Origin: Eukaryota sp. GEM-RC1 | Lineage: Eukaryota | Assembly: GCA_040285855.1 (NCBI GenBank) | Contig: JAUFOQ010000001.1 | Location: 3,844,001 to 3,908,000, forward strand | DNA length: 64,000 nt | Reading direction: 5' to 3' | Shown here: piece after piece, positions 11,441 through 22,226 of the stretch | Position numbering within the stretch: position 1 is the first letter of the stretch | How the letters are laid out: the number at the start of each line of letters is the position of its first letter | Program-made: the position numbers and the translations under genes | The notes under the pieces: generated by a model | What the model was told of the DNA's origin: nothing | Database searches by the model: none | Seen by the model: only the letters and a program-made list of their open reading frames with translations

Positions 11441-11866
11441 GTTACATGTAGTTTTACTGAATGTAGTCTAAATTTATCATTTAGACTACTATCTAGACTA
11501 CATTTGCTAATTAGACTACGCTAATTATTGAATAACAATCTTCGGTTAATAAGCACTTTCACTAGTGCATGCACTAGAGATGTTACTAGATTTGAATACC
11601 AGGATGCTGTTACTCAATACCGGACATCTCGTATACAATTTGTTTATAGAGACCTTTGGAGAGTCTTAATGGACTATTCGAGTACTCTAGTGTAAATGAA
11701 AACCTTGATCTACTAGTAAATTGATCACAGGTAAATTCATCGTGGTCGCCAAATAGAAAAACTACTGTAATTTGCTACTATTTGCTAAAAAACACTTTTC
11801 TTAAGGAATTCATATTAAGAAAAGGTTACTGCTGTAAAGGGAGTATGTTCAAGTAGCAATGAGATA

Positions 11867-12172
11867 ATGATTTTTATCCATTTTATAAGTAAGATTACTG
11901 AACACCACAATGTGACCAATTTAACAGCTGCTGAAAAGCTCAAACATTCCAATTATGACTCTCAAGTAGAAGAATTAAATCGAAACTCATATACCAAATT
12001 TGTATTTCAACCATTTGCTGTTTCTCTCTTTGTCCTGCTGGTGATCACTTTTTCAAGGATTTCGAAGAACTTTGTAAGGAAAAGAAGCGTAAGTTTAGAA
12101 TGTCTGAATGGAAAAACCGTTAGTGTTTTCCATATATCGGAATATGACTTTCTATTTTTCTCGATTAGCTGA
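11867..12172 (+). pseudogene. Non-LTR retrotransposon C-terminal restriction-like endonuclease relic
   Basis: LTAAEKLKHSNY...FVFQPFAVSLF resembles the AE.RK..KY...F.PFAVE..G motif of RLE elements. Confidence 0.6.
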
Positions 12173-12464
12173 GAAACTGTACAAGTTTGGTGTGAATGTT
12201 TCTGTTGAAAAATGTGATCTTTTACCGGGTGGGGATGAAGTCGTTTGGACATGGTCTTAGTATTATTTGTTTGTTTTGGCAATTTCATAGTTTTGTAGGA
12301 AGGTTATCTTATTGGGTACCGAATAGTGTTACTTCAATGTGATCAACTGGGTGGAAAGAAAACCAGCATGGCCTCATCTGATTGGGAAATTTGAGACATT
12401 AAGTACATGTGTAAGATTTGTGTGTACATGTATAAGATCTTCTTTCCTTGTTACTTACCTCAAA

Positions 12465-12797
12465 ATGGGCAAATCTCTCCGCTCTGGACGTGTAGCTGAA
12501 CACCATCGACGAACCCGTCAACGTGAAATCCCTCTTCACAAGGCTAGAATCGCTGCACTCGCTCAATCTCTATCAGAAACCATTGCAAGGGATCCTCCTC
12601 AACCCCAGACCACTGAACCTGTACCAATGCAAGCTGATTCACAATCGAATCCATCAACCGTTTCCAAACCCACACCTATGGAAACAGACGCTACTGGTAA
12701 AGTTTCAAAACCAAAATCTCTTCCCAAAAAGATATTGAAGAAAAAGCAACAGAGCAAAGCCAGGAAAGCCAATAAGAAGGGTAGGTTCACTCTATAA
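12465..12797 (+). CDS. LLPH: LLPH/LAPS18-like small basic protein
   Basis: MGKSLRS N-terminus (compare MAKSLRS), about 110 aa, Lys-rich C-terminus. True ATG at 12465. Confidence 0.7.
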   Translation: MGKSLRSGRVAEHHRRTRQREIPLHKARIAALAQSLSETIARDPPQPQTTEPVPMQADSQSNPSTVSKPTPMETDATGKVSKPKSLPKKILKKKQQSKARKANKKGRFTL

Positions 12798-13132
12798 GAC
12801 ATTCTTTTGAGCTTTGTTCGTGTAGATCACCTGGGGTCTTTTTGATTTATTAGTAGTTTAGTTTCTTTATTCGTCCATTCAGGACTTTTTCTGCTTTGAC
12901 AGTACTTTTTAAGTTATAGATATCTTATTTTGCAGTTGATTATTTTGCCAAGGTTGGTTTTGAATGTTTCAAACGGAATGACATACTACTTTGACTTTGT
13001 ACTACTACTACATGTAGTACTGTGGAGTGATTTCCAAACCTCTCCTCCTAGCCTTACAATCACTAAATCTCTTTCTTTGAAAAACAGCGCTACTGAAGAT
13101 GCTGTGCTACATTAGTTTATATACTTGGACAA

Positions 13133-14077
13133 TTAATCCTGAAAGAAGATTCCCTTATGTTCTGTAAGCAGCTTCCCCAATTCCTGGAATTCAGGAGGTT
13201 GTGGTTGCGATTTCTCTTTAACTTCAACCTTTTGTGGCAAACTATGTGAATATGCCGCATCTTCAGGTTCTGTTAACTGTTGGTGGTAATCCTTTCGTTC
13301 CAGTGTACTTTTGGTTTGTTTGATCCTGCGATGTTCTTCTTGTGTGGCGTATTTAGTTCTCCTCAATGATTTTGACCACGCTAATCCACATGCATTACAC
13401 AGTGTTTTCGGTCCATCAGGACCTTTTCTCCACTCCTATAATGAGAGTTATTTTGATTAACATACTGGAGTATCCATAGTACCACACTTATGGCAGTAAT
13501 GAGACTCCATCGCTCTCCTTGGTTTCTTAGAAGGTCTCTTTTCTTCCGCTGAAACTGGTCTTCTTTTTCTCCTTGGTGATATCTCTAATTCTTCATGATC
13601 TATAGGAGCATAGTATTCTTCTTCAGGTTGATAGTCTTGTTCAGCAGCCACGGCTTCAACTACTTCTTTAGTCACTTTCCCTCTTCGTAGTCTTTTATAT
13701 GGTTCCTGATAAATCTCTGTTACATCTGTTTGTGTTGTTACCGACTCAAGTCCTTCTGGATGAAGTACAGACATTTCTTCATTTAAGTGATACATGTTTG
13801 ATAAAAAGCTATAAGCAATGCCAATGATTCGATGTCGGGCTGAAGCACCAGTATTTCCCTGAATTAGACTTTGAGTGGCACTGTTTAGTGACTTTAGATC
13901 TTCAAGAACTTTCGTCCCACTTCGAGTTTGAAATAAAATGTTTTGGTTTTCAGATTTAATAACTGGTGCACTTGCAATGCGAGATTTGGTTGAGATCGGT
14001 GAGGTATCAGATGAATAGGTTTGACTAAGCTGGGAAAGAACATCAAGAGAGGAAAATGCTGACGGATGTTGTGACAT
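13133..14077 (-). CDS. GATA zinc-finger transcription factor; 2 exons, intron 13436-13465
   Basis: Removing the 30-nt GTATGT...TAG intron gives [28 protein letters not shown] (C-X2-C-X18-C-X2-C). Confidence 0.92.
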
Positions 14078-14397
14078 AATAAGATGAAGCGAGATGTGTT
14101 TCCATGATGATCGTTACGAGGGTTGGTAAAGATCTCGGGATCAATTAAATGTTGTCTGAATCCAAACAAAAGTTTTCATCAAATCCATCTACAATCAAAT
14201 GTAGCATTTCAATCTATGGTAATATTGGTAAAACAAGTTTAAAGTTGTTTACAGATTTTTATTTTTATTGCTGGGCATCCTTTTTTTAATTCTGTATGTG
14301 ATATTCATTTTATGTTTGCGCTTTCCAACAGCATTCCAAAGTATCTACCAGTAAGTTCCAGTTATTCTAAACTTTAAGAAAGACTTTTATAAATAAA

Positions 14398-15672
14398 CTA
14401 AACCATCGAATCCATTCCAGCAATAGCAAACACCTTAGAACTAAAATCACCATCACAAGTCACTTCAAACCTACACTCCTCCTCAGTCATTTTTCCTGGA
14501 ACTCCTCTAGCAGTTACTACGTCAACTAAAATCTTCTCTACTAAACTAATCTCAACAGCAAACTTCTTCGCCAATTCCTGCACTTCAAGTGTTTCAAGAG
14601 TTCTAGACATTAAGTCTACGGATAAGAACATACAGCAATTGTATATTTGTTCAGCATTTTCAGAAAAGAAAAAATCTGAGAATATATCGTGTTTGAGCAG
14701 AGGCATCATATCCAAAACAGACAAAAAGTTACACTCATAAAGATATTTGAAAAATTTGATTACATTGTCGTTCAAAAGTAGCTCTGAATCTGGTCCTGTA
14801 ATACAATTAATCAAAAGTCTATGCAAGTCGCGTGACTTCTCATGAACTTCGTGAACGCCAGCTAAGCAGAATGAAGCAAAGACATAGCGTACAAAATGGG
14901 GGCATATGTTGGCGATGGCACCTAAATACTTGTTGTCTTTAAACTGCCTAAAGAGGTGCTCATAGAGAAAGAGAGGATCTTTGAGAATGAGGGGAAGGGC
15001 GCGGTGAAGGAAAGTGGCACGGAGGAGGAAGTTGTTGCCGGCAGTATTGCGGATGGCCTCGGTTTCGATAGTCTCCTTTACATTGAGAGCTAGATCGGTG
15101 GCTAAACTGAAGTTGTTGTTGAGGATGGCGAGGTCAAAAGCAGCCCACAGAGCATCGGAAGAGGGAGAAGAAGAGACTAAGGGAGAAAGGAGGTAGGATG
15201 CGTGATCATACTTGAATTGAGAGTAATAGAGTCTCGACAGTTCAAGAACTTCAGTATACTTTGATAGATAGGAAGAGAGATCGGAGGGGGAGAGAGCTTC
15301 TGCAAGGGGCTTTTCATTGGGAATGTCGTTTTCGGAGAGGTTCAGGTCGATGAGAAGTGTCTCTATTCTGACTGACACATCATCGCTGAGATCACTATCG
15401 GATTTATCACCGATAGAAAAGTTGAGGTTATCCCCACTCAAACTGAAAGAAACAGAATGGTGTTTGAGTGCTATTGGAGAAGGAACATTCAGTTTTGCAA
15501 GTTCAATAAGTGACTGCCTTATGGCTGTAATGTTGGTTTCAGAAACAGCAATGTCTAATTTTGAAAGAAGAATGTCCTCCAAAGGATAAGCATTTCGTGA
15601 AACCAAATGGTCTAGAAGCCTCATTGCTACATGTTGATCAAGAAAAGGAGTAATCGAAGAAGCGTTTTTCAT
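14398..15672 (-). CDS. EIF3E: Translation initiation factor 3 subunit E (divergent)
   Basis: N-terminus ITPFLDQHVAMRLLDHL..AYPLEDILLSKLDIAVSETN matches the eIF3e N-terminal domain. About 424 aa with a PCI-like C-terminus. ATG at 15672. Confidence 0.8.
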   Translation of the reverse strand: MKNASSITPFLDQHVAMRLLDHLVSRNAYPLEDILLSKLDIAVSETNITAIRQSLIELAKLNVPSPIALKHHSVSFSLSGDNLNFSIGDKSDSDLSDDVSVRIETLLIDLNLSENDIPNEKPLAEALSPSDLSSYLSKYTEVLELSRLYYSQFKYDHASYLLSPLVSSSPSSDALWAAFDLAILNNNFSLATDLALNVKETIETEAIRNTAGNNFLLRATFLHRALPLILKDPLFLYEHLFRQFKDNKYLGAIANICPHFVRYVFASFCLAGVHEVHEKSRDLHRLLINCITGPDSELLLNDNVIKFFKYLYECNFLSVLDMMPLLKHDIFSDFFFSENAEQIYNCCMFLSVDLMSRTLETLEVQELAKKFAVEISLVEKILVDVVTARGVPGKMTEEECRFEVTCDGDFSSKVFAIAGMDSMV

Positions 15673-15761
15673 ACTAACAAAGAAATAAGAGCGAAATGGA
15701 GATTTCAAGAAAAAGTTCAAAGAACCACAACACACCACGTTACTTAAAGTAGCTCTTAACA

Positions 15762-17283
15762 ATGCCTCCTAAAAAGAAAGCCCCTTCCATAGGCCAACCA
15801 GCCACCAAAAAAATCCAAAACTGGTAAAGATGATGGTCTTACTGAGGAACTTCGTCATCTTACTCGAGAGTCAGATGTTCTTAGAGCTGAAGGACGAGCT
15901 AATGGCACCTTTTCTGGTCATAAACCGCAAGTTGCTTCTATTCCTCCCAGCAGACTACTTCTCTCTTGTGATGGTCAAGATATCATCAAGAAAAAGTCTA
16001 CTGCTAAAAGAAACCGTTTTCTCGTCATACTACCAGGTCGTATAAGCCGTTTAACCAAGGCTCCCAACACAACAATAGGTAGAATATCTCAAATGGATAC
16101 CCCTTGTCCAATAATGTATATCAAATTTCCTACTGGAGAACTGAAACTGGAAGGAACCTTTGTATATCCTAAGAACAGATATCTAAGGCTTAACCTTGGG
16201 AAGGTTGTTACTGCAGAAGAAGTTTTTGATGTTTTATTAGTCTTTTCTCGAGCTTATTGGATAGGCAGTCGAGAGGACAATCCACTAGAGAATCCTCAAC
16301 CAGTACCAGAGGGTAATGATTTAGTAGTGGTCTCGTCAGATGATGACGTCACCAAGGTACCCACGAGGAAACGTAGTGCTAGTAAAAAGCCTGTGATTGT
16401 AGAAAGTGATGGAGATCTTTCTGATGTTTTAACTGGTGAAGAAGATATTTTAAGTGATGATATGGGTGATGTAGCTATTGAAAGTGAAAGTGATGGTGAA
16501 TCTCCTGTAGATATGATTCCTAGCCAAGATGAAGATGAAGAAGTATCGACAATTGTTGAATCTAGTGATGAAGATGAAGTTATTCCATCGAGATCTAAAA
16601 CACCTCCAAAGAAACCAGCCAGAAGATCAACAAAGAAGACAACAATTGTTGAATCTAGTGATGAAGATGAAGTTATTCCATCGAGATCTAAAACACCTCC
16701 AAAGAAACCAGCCAGAAGATCAACAAAGAAGACAACAATTGTTGAATCTAGTGATGAAGATGAAGTTATTCCATCGAGATCTAAAACACCTCCAAAGAAA
16801 CCAGCCAGAAGATCAACAAAGAAGACAACAATTGTTGAATCTAGTGATGAAGATGAAGTTATTCCATCGAGATCTAAAACACCTCCAAAGAAACCAGCCA
16901 GAAGATCAACAAAGAAGACAACAATTGTTGAATCTAGTGATGAAGATGAAGTTATTCCATCGAGATCTAAAACACCTCCAAAGAAACCAGCCAGAAGATC
17001 AACAAAGAAGACAACAATTGTTGAATCTAGTGATGAAGATGAAGTTATTCCATCGAGATCTAAAACACCTCCAAAGAAACCAGCCAGAAAAGGAGCTAAA
17101 TCTGTTGACGTTGACTTGACCATCAGTTCTTCTGATGATGATTCAAATTCTGGTGTTTCAGGATCTACGCTTTCCCTAATAGAAAAAATTAAAAATCGAG
17201 CTGAAAACAAAAGAGGAACGAAAACTTATCGACAACCAAAGCTACCTTTTGGAACAGTTCAAAATGATGACGATTCTGATTAG
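15762..17283 (+). CDS. RHL1: RHL1-like DNA-binding protein (topoisomerase VI accessory subunit); apparent extra A at about 15810
   Basis: GQDIIKKKSTAKRNRFLVILPG...TIGRISQMDTPCPIMYIKFPTGELKLEGTFVYPKNRYLRL...FDVLLVFSRAYWIGSREDNPLE closely parallels the recalled plant RHL1 core. The frame stays open upstream of 16093 back to an A-run just after MPPKKK. Confidence 0.82.
16549..17088 (+). repeat. 93-bp coding tandem repeat, about 5.8 copies
   Basis: Units start at 16549, 16642, 16735, 16828, 16921 and 17014 and encode TIVESSDEDEVIPSRSKTPPKKPARRSTKKT. Confidence 0.97.
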
Positions 17284-17416
17284 GAACCGTTTACTTATAT
17301 GGACATTCAGTTTCTTTTCTTATTTAATTCTTACTGTTTCTGCTTTTATTGTGTTCTTTTTCTGTGCTTTTAGTTAAGTTTATTATAAAGACTTTTATTT
17401 TCGTCTACTACTAGTA

Positions 17417-18016
17417 CACTGGTTTGTCTAATTAGTCTCACTGAGACTAATTTGCAAGGAAGTTCTCATCATCAATTTTAGAATTAGTCTCACTGAGACT
17501 ATTTATATGATGAGACTAATTTGCTGATGAGACTAATTCAAAAGGTGAGACTAATTTCAAGACTACTTTACCATTGCTTATTCCTATTTGTTACGAAAAC
17601 CTATTAATCATTGATACTATTAGTCCAATAAAAACACTCAGAATATTTTGCATTACATTCTTCAAAAACAAGGCACATTTGAGTGATGTTTAATTGCTCA
17701 AAGAGAGTCCATGTAGAACTACAGCTTATCTAGTGCGTAATACCATCAGAATCCCAATTATCTTCGTCGGAAATACTAACAGCAGGGTTGTGAGGTCGAG
17801 GGATGCGTGCTTAAACGAAACCAAACGCTGCAAAGATTGGTCATGAAGAGACATGAGCTTAGTCCTCAAAGCTAGGTCATGGGAAAAACAAACAATAATA
17901 GAAATATACACAGAGTTTATTTGGATTATAGTCTCACTGATACAATTCAAAGGTAAATATTAGAATTAGTCTCACTGAGACTAATTAGCTGATGAGACTA
18001 ATTAGACAAACCAGTG
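17417..18016. mobile_element. 600-bp MITE with perfect 24-bp TIRs
   Basis: CACTGGTTTGTCTAATTAGTCTCA ... TGAGACTAATTAGACAAACCAGTG, flanked by TA on both sides. Many subterminal TGAGACTA(AT) repeats in both orientations. Confidence 0.9.
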
Positions 18017-19119
18017 TAGTAGTATGGATTGTAAACTCTCACAAACTCTGTCTGAAGTGAAATTCAAAAATCTCCATAATTTTGGTTTGAATTTATGAAA
18101 TCCTTTTTCATACAAAGGATGCAGAATGAGCTTTAACCCCATTTTTTCGTACTATTGGCAATATCTATTGTTGGTAATATTAGCAGGACTTGGAAAAATT
18201 GCATTGCCAATTAATTGCTCTCATTTTTCGTGGAGCAATGAATTATTGCAATTATCACACTTGCTACAATTAAATGCCCAATTAAATGGTTCATGATATA
18301 CTAACCAATTGAATATACTAAATAATTCTTTGTTTTCAATAAAAGACCCTCCAGTGTATTGTTCTTCATGTAAACAAGACTGGTTTTCCGAATTCACTGT
18401 ACTGAAAAAAAAGAAGAAAACGGAGCTATATTCACTAAAGAATATCAAGTATAGTGACAAAAGGCTGCCTTTATAGACGTAAACCAAATAAACCATCGAA
18501 AAGGACACGACAAAAAGTGGACACAATATAGACTGTGCATCTTTCTTGCTCCATGCATGTCCAGTCAAGGGGCAGACCAAGAACAGCCGAGTCTCGCCAT
18601 ATGTCAAACAGCAACATCGAAGTGACTACAGATCCACAAAGAACTACTAGAAGATGTGGATTGTGTAGAGTCTATGTTTATGCTTGAAGAAATTCTTCCT
18701 CTGAAGGAACAAATCCAGCAAATTGCAACAACCACTTAAATGAATAGATTTATATGTAATAATGAAGGAGACATTGTTCATGAAGGAAAGAGAAAAGAGT
18801 CTCGAAGTTGGAGGTAGGGAGTGAGAAATGGGGTGTCCCCTCTAGTTCGATGGACAAGTTTTTGTCTTACAACAAGGAAGAAAGGATGGGTGAAAAGGAG
18901 CTACGAGTGCCTTTAGAACACAGAAACCTTCAGTAATCTCACCTTCTTTCACATTTCATGGAAACAGAGAGATAGTGTGGTTGATATAGAGAAACAGATA
19001 TCTTGTCAAACTGGGTGAACTCTACAGAAATCTGCGTACTTTTGACCTATTGCCTTAAATTCGAAAAGACCTTTTCCTTGTGCATTATTTTGGTAAGTAA
19101 GGAGTAAGAAAGTAAGTTA

Positions 19120-19890
19120 TTTGAATCATGGTGGGAGTAATTCCCACCATATTGTTGATTACATTGCAGACATTCATAACTGGCGAAGATGTATCGAGCT
19201 TCAATGCCAAATACTTTTAATCCGAATGTTAGTTAAACACTCACTTTCGAATCCTTTTTTTTACTTTTGGTTTGCTTCCAATGTAGAACAAACATCCACA
19301 ATTGAATCGTGTAAAGCAATCACGTATCAATGAAGAGGTTGCCTCATCAATCAAGCACACACTCATTACAATACCATAGGTTGTTTGTAACGTACATCCT
19401 GTACTAAATACCGACTCCTTGTAGCACTTCATTGGAGAGAAAGTCACAGTCATTTTGGTTGTTGAGTTTGTGTTCGTGGAATTCGATACACATCACCTAC
19501 TGAAGTGTAAAATTGGGCAATTAAATCATTTTTGTTGAAGTTGTTTATAACGATATAATCATCGTCAAACATTTTTACAATTTCTTTCGTCGACATACAT
19601 ATTTCGTCTATTGAACGGTGAACATGATTGAACAAGTCTAGAACATTAGATTTCAGAGTCCCCTCGAGCAGTAAACACATTAAGTGATAGTAGAAAATGG
19701 AGTTACCTTCAATATGAAGATATCTTTCTTTCGAATAATCAAAAAGGTGTATCGATTCCTCAAGAGACAAGAACGTACCACTCATGAAGATAGGCCTTAG
19801 GATTGTGCAGAATCATGAGTGACTGCCAAAACAACGTGAAGAACACGTAGTACCACTTCTTTTAATTAAAGATTTGAAGGTTTTCCATTT
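19120..19890 (-). pseudogene. Disrupted coding relic of unknown function, present in each repeat unit
   Basis: Chain of abutting minus-strand ORFs (19450-19785, 19241-19453) with protein-like composition and shared frameshifts and stops in all copies. Family not recognised. Confidence 0.4.
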
Positions 19891-20289
19891 TAAAGTAGGC
19901 TGAATCTCCTTAAATTTTATTAAACTTCTTTCTGTTGTTGGTCTTACAGTACATGAATAGAGTAAAAGTGAATAAAATAGTTAAATAAATATGTTAAATA
20001 TATAATGCAGTTATAATATAAATAGGTCATGGCACCAACAATAATGACAGATAACAAGAAACAATTATATGGAACATAGTTCGGAGACACACTCTTGTGT
20101 TTTTTTTATGTGTTTTTCTGTATTTTCTGTACTTCTTACATCCAATTCAAACAGGGGGAGCTATAAAAAGCTACAAGCTCTAATTATGCGTATTGTTCTT
20201 TGAGTCCTCTAAGAATATGATCAATCGCACAGAAATACCGTAATATTCATCTGCAGCATAACTTTTATTCATTGAATATTGGTACGAAC

Positions 20290-20701
20290 CATACTGGATC
20301 ACATCACACGTGTTTCTGCGATCCCAACCACAATCACATCACTGTTCATTATTCAAATATAAAGTACATGAATTGTCTTTGAACTTTTAGAATCTATAAA
20401 ATCACTTCATTCTTTTGAAAGAAACAGGATCTTTATCACTATCTTGAGACCAACATAGACAACATTTGGTGATATAGTATGTTGTTTGTTTCACAAAGGG
20501 ATGTGATTACATTGTCGAACAATAACGGTGGTTTTCGATTATCAGAGTTTAATGATCAATTAAAAATTTGTTTTCGGTTTATTATATACAATGTGCATGT
20601 ATTCTAATGATGATTTCACTTAAGTAGCTATCACATTTGATTGACAAGCAGTGTAATCACAATCACAACGAGATCACGTGTGATTGTGATGCATAAGTAT
20701 G
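20290..20701. mobile_element. MITE copy inside each array unit (right TSD lost)
   Basis: CATACT..GATCACA.TCACACGTG / CACGTGTGATTGTGAT..AGTATG imperfect TIRs. Homologous to the intact copy at 53877-54317. Confidence 0.7.
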
Positions 20702-21189
20702 GTATCTTTGAAGATATCACTGGTTTGCACCCATCAAATTAGACTTACAAATTTGATGTTCTGTATCATCATTTATTCCGTGTCAATGTCTCTAGACATT
20801 GACCTTACAGTGAAATCTAAAGGTCTCCTTTTTCATACAAAGTATGCAGCATGGTCTTTAACCGCATTTTTTTGTACTATTGGCAATTTCTATTTTTGGT
20901 AATATTAGCAGGACTTGGAAAAATTGCATTGCCAATTAATTGCTCTCATTTTTCGTGGAGCAATGAATTATTGCAATTATCACACTTGCTACAATTAAAT
21001 GCCCAATTAAATGGTTCATGATATACTAACCAATTGAATATACTAAATAATTCTTTGTTTTCAATAAAAGACCCTCTAGTGTATTGTTCTTTATGTAAAC
21101 AAGACGGGTTTTACGAATTCGCTGTACTGAAAAAAGGAGAAAACGGAGCTATTCACTGACGAATATCAAGTATAGTGACAAAAATGCTG

Positions 21190-21430
21190 TAAACCAAATA
21201 AACAATGACTCAGCAATCCACACCACTAACTTTGCTTGATTAAATATACGTTCCACTTCTAAAAAAGTCATCTGGAATTTAGCATTAGTCGGAAAAGCGT
21301 TCAAACACAGAGACCGATTATTGGTAAGGAAAGGAAACAAAGCAGTCTGTTCGAATAAGGAAAATTGATTTAAAAGAAGAATTGTTGTATTTGAAGATAC
21401 CAACTTACCGCGTACAATGTACACTAACAG
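21190..21430 (-). pseudogene. Possible non-LTR retroelement relic in each unit
   Basis: FLTNNRSLCLNAFPTNAKFQMTFLE parallels the AFL.D.SS..AS....LP....F.L...EW region seen at 6400-6520. Confidence 0.4.
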
Positions 21431-22074
21431 ACACTAGTTATAATATCTGAAGTTCTAAATATATTATAAAGACTTTTATTTTGGTCTGATATGGATTGTC
21501 AACTCTCACAAACTCTGTCTGAAGGTCTCCTTAATTTTTGTTTGAATTTATGAAATTCTTTTCATACACAGAATGGACTTTAACCGTATACTATTGGCAG
21601 GGATGGGAAATATTGAATTGTCAATCCACTATTGCCAATGAATAACAATATTTATTGATTGTTCCATTGTTTTTCAAACAAGAAATTGAAATTGTTACAA
21701 TTGCCATTCTTTTTATATACTTTGTCACGTCTTTCTACTAGTAGAGTGTTTTTCGAATTTTTGGCTCCACTAAGTACCACGTGTCACTTAGTGGAGCCAT
21801 CGCTCTAAAATTTGTCTCAGTACTAGCGTGTTCAATGTATTGCCAATATTGATAATACAATATGTCTATGATAAAACAACAACATTTAAAACAATTCCTA
21901 TGATGATTTCTAAAGCTCAATTAGCTCTTAGTGTTTTTTATGAAGAAAAAGCTGTTGTGAGTTTTAATGGCAATAATTGTTGCTTTAATGATATTGAGTT
22001 CTAGTATTTGTGTTTATGTTAGTGTTTTTGTTGCATAAAAGATTAGATAAAACAACAAATTTACTTTTGTATGG

Positions 22075-22226
22075 GCCAAAATCGAAGTTTGTTTATCATC
22101 AGACAGACTTGAGCATCAGTTATGGTTGTACTACAACAGAGATTTATTGAATGTGATAACTATTCGAAATGCTTGCCCATCCCAATGGTCTGAAGAAGAT
22201 GAAATCGTTGATGGAGATGAAGTTTA
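22075..22226 (+). pseudogene. Possible hAT transposase C-terminal (dimerization domain) relic in each unit
   Basis: LSSDRLEHQLWLYYN followed by an acidic tail and a stop, resembling the R..LS.E.LE.L.F...N end of hAT transposases. Confidence 0.45.

Larger units (their letters stand above)
9844..11567. mobile_element. Putative degenerate CACTA-ended DNA transposon
   Basis: CACTA at 9844 and TAGTG at 11563-11567, with CAT flanking both sides (possible 3-bp TSD). ATGTAGTCT/AGACTAC motifs cluster near both ends. The terminal match is only 5 bp. Confidence 0.5.

Noticed and set aside
12339..12464. N-terminal extensions of LLPH (and similarly eIF3e 15673-15762, RTTN 62005-62040) in the ORF track
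   Set aside because: They come from GTG/TTG starts; family similarity begins at the downstream ATG.
16296..17210. 304-aa minus-strand ORF and 196-aa alternative-frame ORF
   Set aside because: Shadows of the stop-free 93-bp repeat in RHL1.
18540..18960. Possible zinc-finger or TE coding relic (HACPVKG...KQQH)
   Set aside because: Too degenerate to assign.
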